Both the position numbers and the translations under genes were made by a program. A DNA stretch of 64,000 nt from an uncultured delta proteobacterium. Lineage in GTDB: Bacteria > Desulfobacterota > Binatia > DP-6. The notes beneath the pieces are model-generated. The model was not told the origin of the DNA and made no database searches. It saw nothing but the letters and a program-made list of their open reading frames with translations. Shown here piece after piece: positions 9,127-18,581 of this stretch (position 1 is its first letter; every line of letters starts with the position of its first letter). The stretch spans positions 755,736 through 819,735 of the forward strand of contig CAVQLX010000007.1 in NCBI GenBank assembly GCA_963713495.1, written 5' to 3'.

Positions 9127-10716
9127 GTGGGCTCGGGTGAGTCGGCGCGACGTGGGGACGGTGGCCGGTTCGCGGCACTCGTCGCGACCGGCATCCTGCT
9201 GAGCCGCATCGCGGGGCTGGTCCGCCAGCGCGTCCTCGCGCACTACCTGGGCCTGTCCGACGCGGCCGACGCCTTCACGGCGGCCTTTCGCATCCCGAAC
9301 TTCCTGCAGAACCTCTTCGGTGAGGGCGTGCTGTCGGCGTCGTTCATCCCGGTCTACGCGCGCCTCCTCGCCGAGGAGGACCACGAGGAGGCGGCGCGCG
9401 TCGCGGGCGCGGTCGCGGCGCTGCTCGCGCTGGCGACCGCGCTCCTCACGCTCGGCGGCGTGTGGAGCACACCCTGGCTGATCGACGCGATCGCACCGGG
9501 CTTCGAGGGAGCGAAGCGCGATCTCACGATCCGCCTGGTGCGGATCCTCTTCCCGGGCGCCGGGCTCCTCGTCCTGTCGGCCTGGTGCCTGGGCGTGCTG
9601 AACAGCCACCGGCGCTTCCTGCTCTCGTACACGGCGCCCGTCGCGTGGAACGCGGCCATCATCGTCGCCCTGGTGGCGTTCGGGGGCCGGGTCGGGGCGT
9701 TCGATCTGGCCGTCGCCGGCGCGTGGGGGTCCGTCGCAGGGAGCGCCCTACAGCTCCTCGTCCAGCTCCCCACCGTGCTCCGCGTGGTCGGCCGCCTGCG
9801 ACCGTCCCTCGAGGTCGCGTCCGCGAACGTGCGCACCGTGCTGCGGAACTTCGGACCGGTGTTCGTGGGACGCGGGGTGCTCCAGATCAGCGCGTACGTC
9901 GACACGCTGCTGGCGAGCCTGCTCCCCGCGGGCGCGGTCACCGCGCTGATGAACGCGCAGACGCTGTACACGCTGCCGGTGAGCCTCTTCGGGATGTCGG
10001 TGTCCGCCGCCGAGCTGCCCACGATGTCGAGCGCGCGCGGCGACGAGTCGACGATCGCCGCATACCTGCGCACCCGGCTCGACGGCGGCCTGCGCCGCAT
10101 CGCATTCTTCGTCGTGCCGTCCGCGATGGCGTTCGTCGCGCTCGGCGACATCCTGGCGTCGGCGCTCTTCCAGACGGGACGCTTCACCAGCGCCGACGCC
10201 ACCTACGTCTGGAGCATCATTGCCGGATCGGCCATCGGGCTTCTCGCCTCGACGCTCGGCCGTCTCTATGCGTCGACGTACTACGCGCTGCGCGACACGC
10301 GGACGCCGCTCCGCTTCGCGATCGTGCGCGTGGCGCTGACGATCGCGCTCGGCTGGCTCTGCGCGCTCTGGCTGCCACGGTTCCTCGGCATCGACCCGCG
10401 CTGGGGCGCAGCAGGGCTCACCGCCTCGGCGGGCGTCGCGGGCTGGGTCGAGTTCGTGCTGCTGCGGGCGACGCTCGGTCGGCGAATCGGTCGGACCGGC
10501 CTCGCCGCCTCGTACCTCGCCAGGCTGTGGCTCGTGGCCGCGGTCGCGGCCGCCGCGACGCTCGGAGTACAGCACGGGTTGCAGCTGACCCAGCCGATCG
10601 TGCGCGCCGCGGTGGCGGCGAGCGTGTTCGGGGCGGTCTACCTGCTCGGCACGGCGGCGCTGGGCGTGGACGAGAGCCGCGCGCTGGTCTCGCGCGTCGT
10701 CGCGCGGCGCCGCTGA
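9127..10716 (+). CDS. murJ: Lipid II flippase MurJ (MviN family)
   Basis: ORF 9079-10716; multi-TM protein with AFRIPNFLQNLFGEGVLSASFIPVYA and ISAYVDTLLAS motifs. GTG at 9127 is preceded by GGGAG. Confidence 0.85.
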   Translation: MGSGESARRGDGGRFAALVATGILLSRIAGLVRQRVLAHYLGLSDAADAFTAAFRIPNFLQNLFGEGVLSASFIPVYARLLAEEDHEEAARVAGAVAALLALATALLTLGGVWSTPWLIDAIAPGFEGAKRDLTIRLVRILFPGAGLLVLSAWCLGVLNSHRRFLLSYTAPVAWNAAIIVALVAFGGRVGAFDLAVAGAWGSVAGSALQLLVQLPTVLRVVGRLRPSLEVASANVRTVLRNFGPVFVGRGVLQISAYVDTLLASLLPAGAVTALMNAQTLYTLPVSLFGMSVSAAELPTMSSARGDESTIAAYLRTRLDGGLRRIAFFVVPSAMAFVALGDILASALFQTGRFTSADATYVWSIIAGSAIGLLASTLGRLYASTYYALRDTRTPLRFAIVRVALTIALGWLCALWLPRFLGIDPRWGAAGLTASAGVAGWVEFVLLRATLGRRIGRTGLAASYLARLWLVAAVAAAATLGVQHGLQLTQPIVRAAVAASVFGAVYLLGTAALGVDESRALVSRVVARRR

Positions 10717-10723
10717 GACGTCC

Positions 10724-11845
10724 TCACGCGCCCGGCGGGTCCGTGCGCGCCGGGTCGTGGAAGTCGACGAATACCGTGCGGCCGTTCTCGATGCGGCGGA
10801 GCAGCAGCCAGTCGCCCTTGTAGGCTTTGTGGTCGTACGGCCCGAGGCTCATGTGCGTGCGCGGTCCGCCGTTCACCGCCGGCAGCATGCGCACCTTCTC
10901 GAGACCCTCCTTCACGCCGCGTGGCGTGAGGAGCGGCGCGCGCGCGAGCCCCTCGGCGACGAGCCGCGCGGTGTCGTAGCTGAGGGCGGTGACGGTGTGG
11001 TCTCGACGTCTGCCGAGATGGGCCGCGAAGCGGTCGAGCATCGGACCGAGCAGCGGATTCAGCTCGCACAGCTGGTCGACGCCCACCCAGCCCTCGAGGG
11101 CGTGCATCCACTCGGGCTTGGCGTAGCAGAACTGGAACGCGGTCGTCATGATCCGCGGCGGATTCCATCCCAGCTTCTCGAAGATCGGCCGCATGAGGAT
11201 CGTCGGGTAGCCGTATCCGAGGTACGCGAGGCACTCGGGTCCCTGATCGCGGATCTTCCGCAGCACCATCTCGAGGTCGTCGGGGATCTGCGTCGTGTAG
11301 GCCTCGATCAGGACGTCGAGCCCCTCGCGCGCCGCGTACCAGCGGAAGTTGGAGGCGTACTCGACCCCGCCCGGGCTGATCTCGTGGATCATCCCGACGG
11401 TGCGATGCCCGCTGCGGCGTATCCACGTCGCCATGATCGCGGCTTCCTCCGCCAGGCCGCCGTTCCCGAGGTTGAAGCAGTAGTCGCCGAAGTAGCGGTC
11501 GGTTCCGGTCCACGTGACCGCCGGCACCCCGGTGGCATCGATCACCGGAGCGAGCGCGATCGAGTTGTCGGTGATGAGCGGTCCGATCGTGCAGAGGACG
11601 CCCTGCTCCACCAGCCAGCGGTAGCCCTCGATGCTGTTGCGCGCCTCCAGGCGCGGCAGGCCGATCGCCTCCTTCACCACCAGCTCGACGGGGCGGAGCA
11701 GGAGACGCCGCTCGTAGGCCTCGTCGAAGGCGAAGCGCAGGCAGGCGAGGAAGTCGTCCTTGGTGCCCATGTCGAGATCGATGAGCACCCCGATCTTGGT
11801 CGGTGCGAAGGCGAGGCCATGCGGCCCGGTGCGGGTCTCCGCCAT
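10724..11845 (-). CDS. Periplasmic-binding-protein type I family protein (LivK/AmiC-like ligand-binding domain); no signal peptide evident
   Basis: ORF 10724-11845, MAETRTGPHGLAFAPTKIGVLIDLDMGTKDDF...GVLCTIGPLITDNSIALAPV. Confidence 0.7.
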   Translation of the reverse strand: MAETRTGPHGLAFAPTKIGVLIDLDMGTKDDFLACLRFAFDEAYERRLLLRPVELVVKEAIGLPRLEARNSIEGYRWLVEQGVLCTIGPLITDNSIALAPVIDATGVPAVTWTGTDRYFGDYCFNLGNGGLAEEAAIMATWIRRSGHRTVGMIHEISPGGVEYASNFRWYAAREGLDVLIEAYTTQIPDDLEMVLRKIRDQGPECLAYLGYGYPTILMRPIFEKLGWNPPRIMTTAFQFCYAKPEWMHALEGWVGVDQLCELNPLLGPMLDRFAAHLGRRRDHTVTALSYDTARLVAEGLARAPLLTPRGVKEGLEKVRMLPAVNGGPRTHMSLGPYDHKAYKGDWLLLRRIENGRTVFVDFHDPARTDPPGA

Positions 11846-11885
11846 GGCGCATCGAGCTACACCCGCGCATCCACGGGTGACAAGG

Positions 11886-12728
11886 GTGCGTGCAGCGCGA
11901 GCCGCGGAGCGCTACAAGGGGCGCGTGGGGCGGCGGAGGTCGCGGAGGCTCCGGTGGCGGCAGTGGCTCCGGGGATTTCGCACGGCGCGAGGACTCCAGA
12001 TCCTGCGCTGGGCGGGCATCGGGGCGGCGGCGTTCGTCCTGGCCTCCATGCTCTCGGTGCTGGCGATCCGCTGGATCAATCCGCCGGCCACCCCGCTGAT
12101 GATGATCCGGCTGGCAGAGGGAGCCGTGCACCGGCGCTGGGTCGGCGTGGACCGGCGCTGGGTGCCGCTCGATCAGGTCAGCCCCGAGCTGCTGCGCGCG
12201 GTCATCGCCGCGGAGGACGCGCACTTCTTCACCCACTGGGGCGTCGACATGGACGCGCTGCGCAAGGCGCGGGCGTGGAACGCGCGGCACGAGCGCCAGG
12301 GACGGGTGCGCGGAGCCAGCACCATCACGATGCAGTGCGCCCGCAACGTGTTCCTGTGGCAGGGGCGCACCTACGTGCGAAAAGCGCTCGAGCTGTGGTT
12401 CACCGCGCTGATGGAGGCGACGTGGAGCAAGCGGCGCATCCTCGAGGTGTACGTGAACGTCATCGAGTGGGGCCCGGGCGTCTACGGCGCGCAGGCCGCC
12501 GCGGAGCGCTACTTCCGCGTGCCCGCCGCCCGTCTCGACGCGCGCCAGGCGGCGCTGCTCGCCGCCGCGCTGCCGGATCCGCTGACGCGCAACCCCGCCG
12601 CTCCCACGGCCTTCCTCGACGCGCGCGCGACCCGCATCGCGCGGCGCGCCGCGCTGGTGCGCCTGCGCGGCGTGGTCCGGGCGGCCCCGCAGCGGCGGAT
12701 GGCGACGAGCGGCAGCGCTAGCCGGTGA
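11886..12728 (+). CDS. mtgA: Monofunctional biosynthetic peptidoglycan transglycosylase
   Basis: In ORF 11760-12728: TM helix, then RAVIAAEDAHFFTHWGVD, STITMQCARNVFL, RILEVYVNVIEWGPGVYGAQAAAERYF (GT51 motifs). Start is uncertain (GTG 11886). Confidence 0.75.
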   Translation: MRAARAAERYKGRVGRRRSRRLRWRQWLRGFRTARGLQILRWAGIGAAAFVLASMLSVLAIRWINPPATPLMMIRLAEGAVHRRWVGVDRRWVPLDQVSPELLRAVIAAEDAHFFTHWGVDMDALRKARAWNARHERQGRVRGASTITMQCARNVFLWQGRTYVRKALELWFTALMEATWSKRRILEVYVNVIEWGPGVYGAQAAAERYFRVPAARLDARQAALLAAALPDPLTRNPAAPTAFLDARATRIARRAALVRLRGVVRAAPQRRMATSGSASR

Positions 12729-14109
12729 GCCGGGCGCCGGCGGGAACGACGAGCGGCGCGCCGCCGCGCTGTCGCACCTCGACGTCGCCCTCGACGACCA
12801 CGCCACCGCCGAACCGGACGTCCCCGCGGACCACGAAGCGCCCTGCCCGCACGAGCGACGGGGGTCCCTCCGGGAAGCGCGCGCGCAGGTCGTCGACCTG
12901 CCGGAAGTGCTTCGCATCGAGATCGACCACGAGGTCGCCCGCCCGCCGCCGCGGCGACAGCGCCATGCGGTAGTCGTCGCCGAGCTCGTAGGCGTCGGAC
13001 CAGAGCGCCAGGAGATCGCTGCTCGACTTGACCGGCGCGAACCGCGACCGGGTGACGTGGAGGGCACGGGCGCCCTCGAAGAGCGAGATCCCGGCGCCCA
13101 TGGCCGTCTCGAGCTGGATCACCTGGGGCGACGACGGCTGATCGGGATCGACCGGCTTGCGGTTCACGATGAGCGGGAGATCGACCACGCCGCTCGATGC
13201 CTCGAGCACGCGCGCCAGCGCGTCGAGATCGATCCACAGCGTGTTGGTGTTGAAGTAGCGCCAGCGCGCGATGTCCTGGAAGGAGTCCAGCTCCTCGTCC
13301 GGGCACTGGCTGAACTCCCGCAGCATCAGCCGGCCGTCCTTTCGCCGCGCCACGTGGCCGCCCTTCTTGTCGGCCTCGGAGCGATCGCACACCTCCATCA
13401 CGAAGGGCACCCGCTCGGTCGCGATCCAACCGAGGATGTCCGGCGACAAGACGGCACCGAGGTTGTCGGCGTTGGAGACGAACGCGTAGCGGATCCCGGC
13501 ATCGCGCAGCGCGCGGAGCAGCCCGGACGTCTGCAAGGCCGCGTAGATGTCGCCGTGCCCCGGCGGGCACCACTCGTGCTCGGGGTTCGACGGCCACGAC
13601 ACCGGCGACAGGTCGGCCGCCAGGATGCGCGGCACCTTGTGCTGCAGGAAGTCGCCCGGCAGGCCGCTCGCGAGGTCGGGATACCGTCCGAGCACGCGCG
13701 CCGAGTCCTCGCGCGTCCGGAAGCTGTTCATCAGGACGAGCGGCAAGCGCGTGGCGTGCGCGTGGCGGAGGTGCAGCACCTGCCGGACGATGACGTCGAG
13801 AAAGGTGAGGTCGCCCTTCACCGGAAGCAGGGACTTCGCCTGCGTGAGCCCCATCGTGGTACCGAGGCCGCCGTTCAGCTTGATCACGACGGCGCTGCCG
13901 AGCGCCGCGATACCCGCGTCGCGATGGCGTGCGAGCGCGTCCAGGTCGGCGACGTCGCGCACCACGTCGATGTCGGCCGACGACACCTTGCCCGTCTCGC
14001 CGCCACGCAGGCGGCCGTAGGCACGGCGAAACAGCTCGGTCACCAGCGCAGGCTGCCCGGACTCTTCGAGCTTGCGAGCGAACGGCGCGAACGGATCACC
14101 ACCCGACAT
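12718..14109 (-). CDS. UTP-glucose-1-phosphate uridylyltransferase, eukaryotic-type UGPase (family A)
   Basis: ORF 12718-14109; LNGGLGTTMG, LVLMNSFRT, HGDIY, FVSNADNLGA motifs of the UDPGP family. Confidence 0.8.
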   Translation of the reverse strand: MSGGDPFAPFARKLEESGQPALVTELFRRAYGRLRGGETGKVSSADIDVVRDVADLDALARHRDAGIAALGSAVVIKLNGGLGTTMGLTQAKSLLPVKGDLTFLDVIVRQVLHLRHAHATRLPLVLMNSFRTREDSARVLGRYPDLASGLPGDFLQHKVPRILAADLSPVSWPSNPEHEWCPPGHGDIYAALQTSGLLRALRDAGIRYAFVSNADNLGAVLSPDILGWIATERVPFVMEVCDRSEADKKGGHVARRKDGRLMLREFSQCPDEELDSFQDIARWRYFNTNTLWIDLDALARVLEASSGVVDLPLIVNRKPVDPDQPSSPQVIQLETAMGAGISLFEGARALHVTRSRFAPVKSSSDLLALWSDAYELGDDYRMALSPRRRAGDLVVDLDAKHFRQVDDLRARFPEGPPSLVRAGRFVVRGDVRFGGGVVVEGDVEVRQRGGAPLVVPAGARLTG

Positions 14110-14160
14110 CGCCAGCCCGGCTATCGCATGGACGAGCGCGTCACAAGTCGAGCGCGTCGC

Positions 14161-14769
14161 TCAGCTGAGCGGCACCATCACGTGCTGGCGATATCCCGGC
14201 CGTGCTTGCAATCGCTGGTACCACGCTTCGATGCCGGCGAGAGGCGGGCGCTCGATCGGGAGCTGATACCAGCGATTGACGAAGCAGCCGAGCGGGATGT
14301 CTCCCGGCGTCAGCTCCGCGCCGGTGAGGTACGGCTGCGCCGCCAGCACCGCGTCGGCGATGCGCAGCACCTCCACCGCCTGCACGCGCGCCGTCTCGAG
14401 CGCGGCGAGGTCGCGTTGCTCGGGCGGCGTGCGGACGTAGCCCCAGAACAGCGGGCGCAGCGGAGGCTGCACGCGGTTCGTCGTCCAGTCCATCCACTTG
14501 TCGGCGGTCGCGCGCGCTGCCGGCGACTCGGACCGACCGTAGCGCGCATACAGATAGCGGACGATCGCATTCGACTCCCACAGCACGAGGTCGCCGTCCT
14601 CGATCGTCGGGACCAGCCCGTTCGGGTTCATGCGGCGGTACTCGGCGGTGTCGACGACGCCGAACTGCATGCCGGCGTCGAGGCGCTCGCACGCCACGTC
14701 GAGCTCGGCGAGGGCCCACATGACCTTCTGCACGTTGATGGAGTTGATGCGTCCCCAGACCTTCACCAT
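14161..14769 (-). CDS. Glutathione S-transferase
   Basis: C-terminal 202 aa of ORF 14161-15375, MVKVWGRINSINVQKVMWALAEL...ESNAIVRYL. The start ATG overlaps the upstream stop by 8 nt (ATGGTGA). Confidence 0.85.
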   Translation of the reverse strand: MVKVWGRINSINVQKVMWALAELDVACERLDAGMQFGVVDTAEYRRMNPNGLVPTIEDGDLVLWESNAIVRYLYARYGRSESPAARATADKWMDWTTNRVQPPLRPLFWGYVRTPPEQRDLAALETARVQAVEVLRIADAVLAAQPYLTGAELTPGDIPLGCFVNRWYQLPIERPPLAGIEAWYQRLQARPGYRQHVMVPLS

Positions 14770-15518
14770 GTGAGCTCCAGCGCCGGCCCACCGCCGCACG
14801 CGCAGTCGACGAGCCGCGCAGCCATCTCCGTGTCGAACGGTCCCGGCGCCGCTGCCGCGCCGCGTGCCTCGAGCACCGCGTGCCCGTTCACCACCTCGAC
14901 GGCGACGCTCGCGTCCACGTGCAGCGCTCCGCGCTCGCAGCTGCCGCCGGCGAAGCTCGCGACCTCCGGCACCGCCAGCCACGTCCGCTGCCAGCCGTCG
15001 AAGTCGCGCGGAGCAGGCGGTCTCGTGTGTCCTTCGCCTCGTTCCAGCCACACGATGCCGCGCCACCACGAGCGCGCGACGCCGGGCGCGGCCTGGAAGA
15101 ATGCCGGCGCGGTCGACGGGTCGAGCACGAGGACCTCGCACTGCACGCGGTCGACGAGATCCCACGCGGCGCGTGCCGCGGCGTCGGTGTCGACGACGCC
15201 GAGCGGAACGTCGAGCGCGCCGATCGCCTCGTTGACGTCGCCGAGCAGCAGCGCCCCCGGGGTGGCCAGCGCTCCGGGCAGCGTGTTGCCGACACGGGCG
15301 CCGGCCCGCACGCCGAGACGGCCCAGCACGCGCACGCCCGCCGCGACCTCGCGCGCCAGGTCGCTCGCCGACCACGCCAGCAGCAGCAGGTCGGCGCCGG
15401 TACCGGTCGTGCCGACCCGCACGGGCGGATCATCCCCCGGAAAGCGCCGCCGCCCGAACGGGGGCGCGTTTCCCTGCTCGGCGACGAGGTCGGGGCGGTG
15501 CAGCGGAGCGGCGGCCAT
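14763..15518 (-). CDS. Hypothetical protein, truncated and degenerate PaaK-like (ANL-superfamily) domain; likely non-catalytic
   Basis: ORF 14763-15557; VRVGTTGTGADLLLLAWSASDLAREVAAGVRVLG...VIP-like region is colinear with the PaaK core (SSGTTGKP...). It lacks the N-terminal domain and the P-loop lysine. Confidence 0.45.
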   Translation of the reverse strand: MAAAPLHRPDLVAEQGNAPPFGRRRFPGDDPPVRVGTTGTGADLLLLAWSASDLAREVAAGVRVLGRLGVRAGARVGNTLPGALATPGALLLGDVNEAIGALDVPLGVVDTDAAARAAWDLVDRVQCEVLVLDPSTAPAFFQAAPGVARSWWRGIVWLERGEGHTRPPAPRDFDGWQRTWLAVPEVASFAGGSCERGALHVDASVAVEVVNGHAVLEARGAAAAPGPFDTEMAARLVDCACGGGPALELTW

Positions 15519-15685
15519 GACAGCTGGGTTGTAGCGCAGCACGCCGGCGCAGCGCACGCGGTGACGGTCTTACAGGTCGAGTGTACATGGCGCGCTGGCA
15601 GGACCGTGCGCCCATGCGGCAAAAGTCACGAGAATCCGCGACGACACGGACTCACCCGTCTGGCACGCCGTTCGCTAAGCATCCC

Positions 15686-16630
15686 ATGCTCGATCTGCGC
15701 CGCTCCGCCCTGCACGCCGCGCTCCTGCTCGTCATGGCGGCAGTGCCCGCGCGGGCTCTCTGTCCCAACGGCATTCTCGAGCCGCCCGAGCAGTGCGACG
15801 ACGGCAACGACATCCCGGGAGACGGCTGCTCGCCGCTCTGCCTGCTCGAGGTGCCGAACCTCCCGCCGGTGTGCAACGGCGCGTTCGCCAGCCCCGACTC
15901 CCTCTGGCCGCCCAATCACAAGTTCGTGCCCGTGGCGATCGGCGGCGTCGTCGATCCCGACGGCGACCCGCTGCGGATCACGATCACCGGTGTCGCGCAG
16001 GACGAGCCGGCCGACGCGGAGGGCGACGGCAGCACGTGCGCCGACGCCACGGGCATCGGGACCGACGTCGTCGCGCTGCGCTCTGAGCGCAGCGGGCAGG
16101 GTGACGGGCGCGTGTACCACGTCGCGTTCCGCGCCGACGATCCTCACGGCGCCGCCTGCCTCGGCGAGGTGGAGGTCTGCGTCAGGCACGACAACGGCCA
16201 CGGTGGTGGCTGCGGCGACCAGGGACCGCTGTTCGATTCCACCGTCGGCGTCTGCACCGGGCCGGGGAACGACGACGACGGCTGCGATCTCGCCGTGTGC
16301 GTGCCGCCGCCGCCGTTCGTGGGCGGATCGTGCGACGTGCCGCTGCCGCCTCTCATCCAGCGGCGGCTCCGCCGGGCCCGCCGGATGCTCGCGCTGGCGA
16401 GCGTCGCACCCGCGCGGCGTCGCGACCGCCTCGCGCGGATCGCCGAGCGCCGTCTGGCCCGTCTCGATGCGCTGGCCGAGCACCGGCTCGGCGGCGAGTG
16501 CCAGGTCGAGGTGCACGACATGATCGAGGCGGCCGGGCAGTGCGTCGCGTGTCCGTTCACACCGGGCGACGACCACCACGGTGGTGGTGACGACGAGGGC
16601 GACGGGCCCGGCCACGGCCACGACGACTGA
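15686..16630 (+). CDS. Secreted cysteine-rich repeat protein (Myxococcus-type CxxCDDGN...GDGCS repeat) with a His/Asp/Gly-rich C-terminus
   Basis: In ORF 15581-16630; signal peptide MLDLRRSALHAALLLVMAAVPARALC, then LCPNGILEPPEQCDDGNDIPGDGCSPLC; tail PGDDHHGGGDDEGDGPGHGHDD. Confidence 0.7.
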   Translation: MLDLRRSALHAALLLVMAAVPARALCPNGILEPPEQCDDGNDIPGDGCSPLCLLEVPNLPPVCNGAFASPDSLWPPNHKFVPVAIGGVVDPDGDPLRITITGVAQDEPADAEGDGSTCADATGIGTDVVALRSERSGQGDGRVYHVAFRADDPHGAACLGEVEVCVRHDNGHGGGCGDQGPLFDSTVGVCTGPGNDDDGCDLAVCVPPPPFVGGSCDVPLPPLIQRRLRRARRMLALASVAPARRRDRLARIAERRLARLDALAEHRLGGECQVEVHDMIEAAGQCVACPFTPGDDHHGGGDDEGDGPGHGHDD

Positions 16631-16680
16631 CGCCGTCGGCGATGGACGGAGCCTCGCGCCTCCGCTAAGCGCGGCGGTGC

Positions 16681-17370
16681 GTGTGCACCATCCTGCTCCG
16701 GCTCGATCCCGACGGCGCCGAGCCCGTCGTGCTGGCAGCCAACCGCGACGAGTACCGCGGGCGAGCGGCCGACGACCCGATGGAGATCGCGCCGGGCGTG
16801 TACGCGGGACGCGACCGGCGCGCGGGTGGCACATGGCTCGCCGTGGGAGCGCGCGGTCTGGCCGCGCTCACCAACATCGGCGGGATCGTGCGGCGCGACG
16901 ACGCGCGGAGCCGTGGCGAGCTACCGCTCCTGGCGCTCGCGGGACGCCTGCCGCACGATTTCGCAGCCTACAACGCGTTCAATCTCCTGGTGGTGGACGC
17001 GGGCGGCGCCCGGGTCTTCACGCACACGGACGCCGGCGGGCTCTCCCGGCCCGTGACGCTCGACCCCGGCGTCCACGTCATCGTGAACGAGCCGTTCACG
17101 ACGACGGACGGTCCGCGGGCGCGACACGCGGCCGCCCTCCTGGCGAACGGCGCTCCCGGCTTCGAGCTGCTCGCCAGCCACGGCCCGCCGGCGGAGCACG
17201 GGCTCTGCCATCACGGGGACGCCTACGGCACCGTGTCGTCCACGGTCGTCGCGCTCGACCGCGCGTTCCACGTGCGTCGATACTGGCACCGAGCAGGTCT
17301 GCCGTGCCAGACCGCGACGACGGATCTCACGGCGACCGCGCGCGCGGTCACGGGCGCCGGCCGCGCGTGA
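16681..17370 (+). CDS. NRDE-family protein (DUF833, TANGO2-like)
   Basis: ORF 16681-17370 starts MCTILLRL...VLAANRDEYRGR, with the family-defining Cys2 and NRDE motif. Confidence 0.8.
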   Translation: MCTILLRLDPDGAEPVVLAANRDEYRGRAADDPMEIAPGVYAGRDRRAGGTWLAVGARGLAALTNIGGIVRRDDARSRGELPLLALAGRLPHDFAAYNAFNLLVVDAGGARVFTHTDAGGLSRPVTLDPGVHVIVNEPFTTTDGPRARHAAALLANGAPGFELLASHGPPAEHGLCHHGDAYGTVSSTVVALDRAFHVRRYWHRAGLPCQTATTDLTATARAVTGAGRA

Positions 17371-17384
17371 TAGCGTCGCGGTGC

Positions 17385-18569
17385 TCACGCGCGGGGCAGG
17401 CCGAGCGCCTGCTGTGCGACCAGGCTCCGCAGCACCTCCGACGTCCCGGACGAGATCGTCACCGAGCGGGAGTAGAGGAAGCGCTCCTGCCACTCGCCCC
17501 GGTCGATGGCGCGCGGCTCGCCGATGCCGAGCTGCGCGTAGGCGCCTTCCAGCCGCAGCGACAGCTCGCAGGCGCGCTGCTGGATCTCGCTGCCGAACAG
17601 CTTCTGGAGCGCCGCGTCGGCCCCCGCGTCCTCGCCCGCGTGCAGCTTCGGGAGGAGCCGCAGCGTGTGCGCGCCGAAGGTCTCCGACTCGATCCACGCC
17701 TGCGCGACCTCGTCGCGCAGCGCGCGCAGATCCGTCCCGCGACCGGCGCCGCCGTCGCGCACCGTGCGATAGAGGTCGGCGAGCGCCAGCGCGCCGTTCT
17801 GCAGCCTGATCTTGAAGTCGAAGGCCCACAGCGTGCCGCGCTCGTGGGCGAGCGCGCCGCGGATGAGCGGCCAGCCGCCGTTGACCGGCCCGACGGTCTG
17901 CTCGACCGGGACGCGTACCTCCTCGAGGAACACCTCGTTGAACTCGCGCCGCCCGCTGATCTGGACGAGCGGCCGCCACGTGACGCCCGGCGCGTGCATG
18001 TCGACGATGAGGCAGCTGATGCCGCGGTGTCGCGGCGCCACCGGATCGGTGCGGACGAGCAGCAGGAGCCAGTCGGCGAAGTGCGCCTTGCTCGACCACA
18101 CCTTCTGCCCGCTCACCACCCAGTGGTCGCCGTCGCGCTCGGCGCGGCAGCGCAGCGATGCCAGATCGGAGCCGGCGTTCGGCTCCGAGAAGCCGAGACA
18201 CCACACGTCGTCCGCGGGCAGGATGCGCGGCAGGTAGCGTCGCTGCTGCTCGGGGGTCCCGGCGTCGATGAGGACCGAGCCGACGATGTTCACGGCCACC
18301 GCGTCGAGGATCTCCGGTGCACGCGCACGCGCCATCTCCTCGGTGAAGATGATCTGCTCCTTCAGCGACGCGCCGCGGCCGCCGTGCTCGCGCGGCCACT
18401 GGATGCCGACCCATCCGCCGCCAGCGAGCTCGCGCTGCCAGGCGCGCTGGAAGTCGCGGCGGTCGGACTCGTCGTCGGGGGGCGCGGTGCGCGGGAGGTG
18501 CTCCGCGAGCCACGCGCGCAGCGTCGCGCGGAAAGCATCCTCCTCGGGCGTGTAGCGCAGGCCGAACAT
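17385..18569 (-). CDS. Acyl-CoA dehydrogenase
   Basis: ORF 17385-18569; CLGFSEPNAGSDLASL, WVVSGQKVWSS, SGGTSEV... ACAD signatures. Confidence 0.9.
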   Translation of the reverse strand: MFGLRYTPEEDAFRATLRAWLAEHLPRTAPPDDESDRRDFQRAWQRELAGGGWVGIQWPREHGGRGASLKEQIIFTEEMARARAPEILDAVAVNIVGSVLIDAGTPEQQRRYLPRILPADDVWCLGFSEPNAGSDLASLRCRAERDGDHWVVSGQKVWSSKAHFADWLLLLVRTDPVAPRHRGISCLIVDMHAPGVTWRPLVQISGRREFNEVFLEEVRVPVEQTVGPVNGGWPLIRGALAHERGTLWAFDFKIRLQNGALALADLYRTVRDGGAGRGTDLRALRDEVAQAWIESETFGAHTLRLLPKLHAGEDAGADAALQKLFGSEIQQRACELSLRLEGAYAQLGIGEPRAIDRGEWQERFLYSRSVTISSGTSEVLRSLVAQQALGLPRA

Positions 18570-18581
18570 GCGTGCGGTCGT

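Noticed and set aside
11760-11885. Extending mtgA to the track's first start at 11760
   Set aside because: It would overlap the divergent PBP gene start (11845). A GTG at 11886 gives a standard short cytoplasmic tail before the TM helix.
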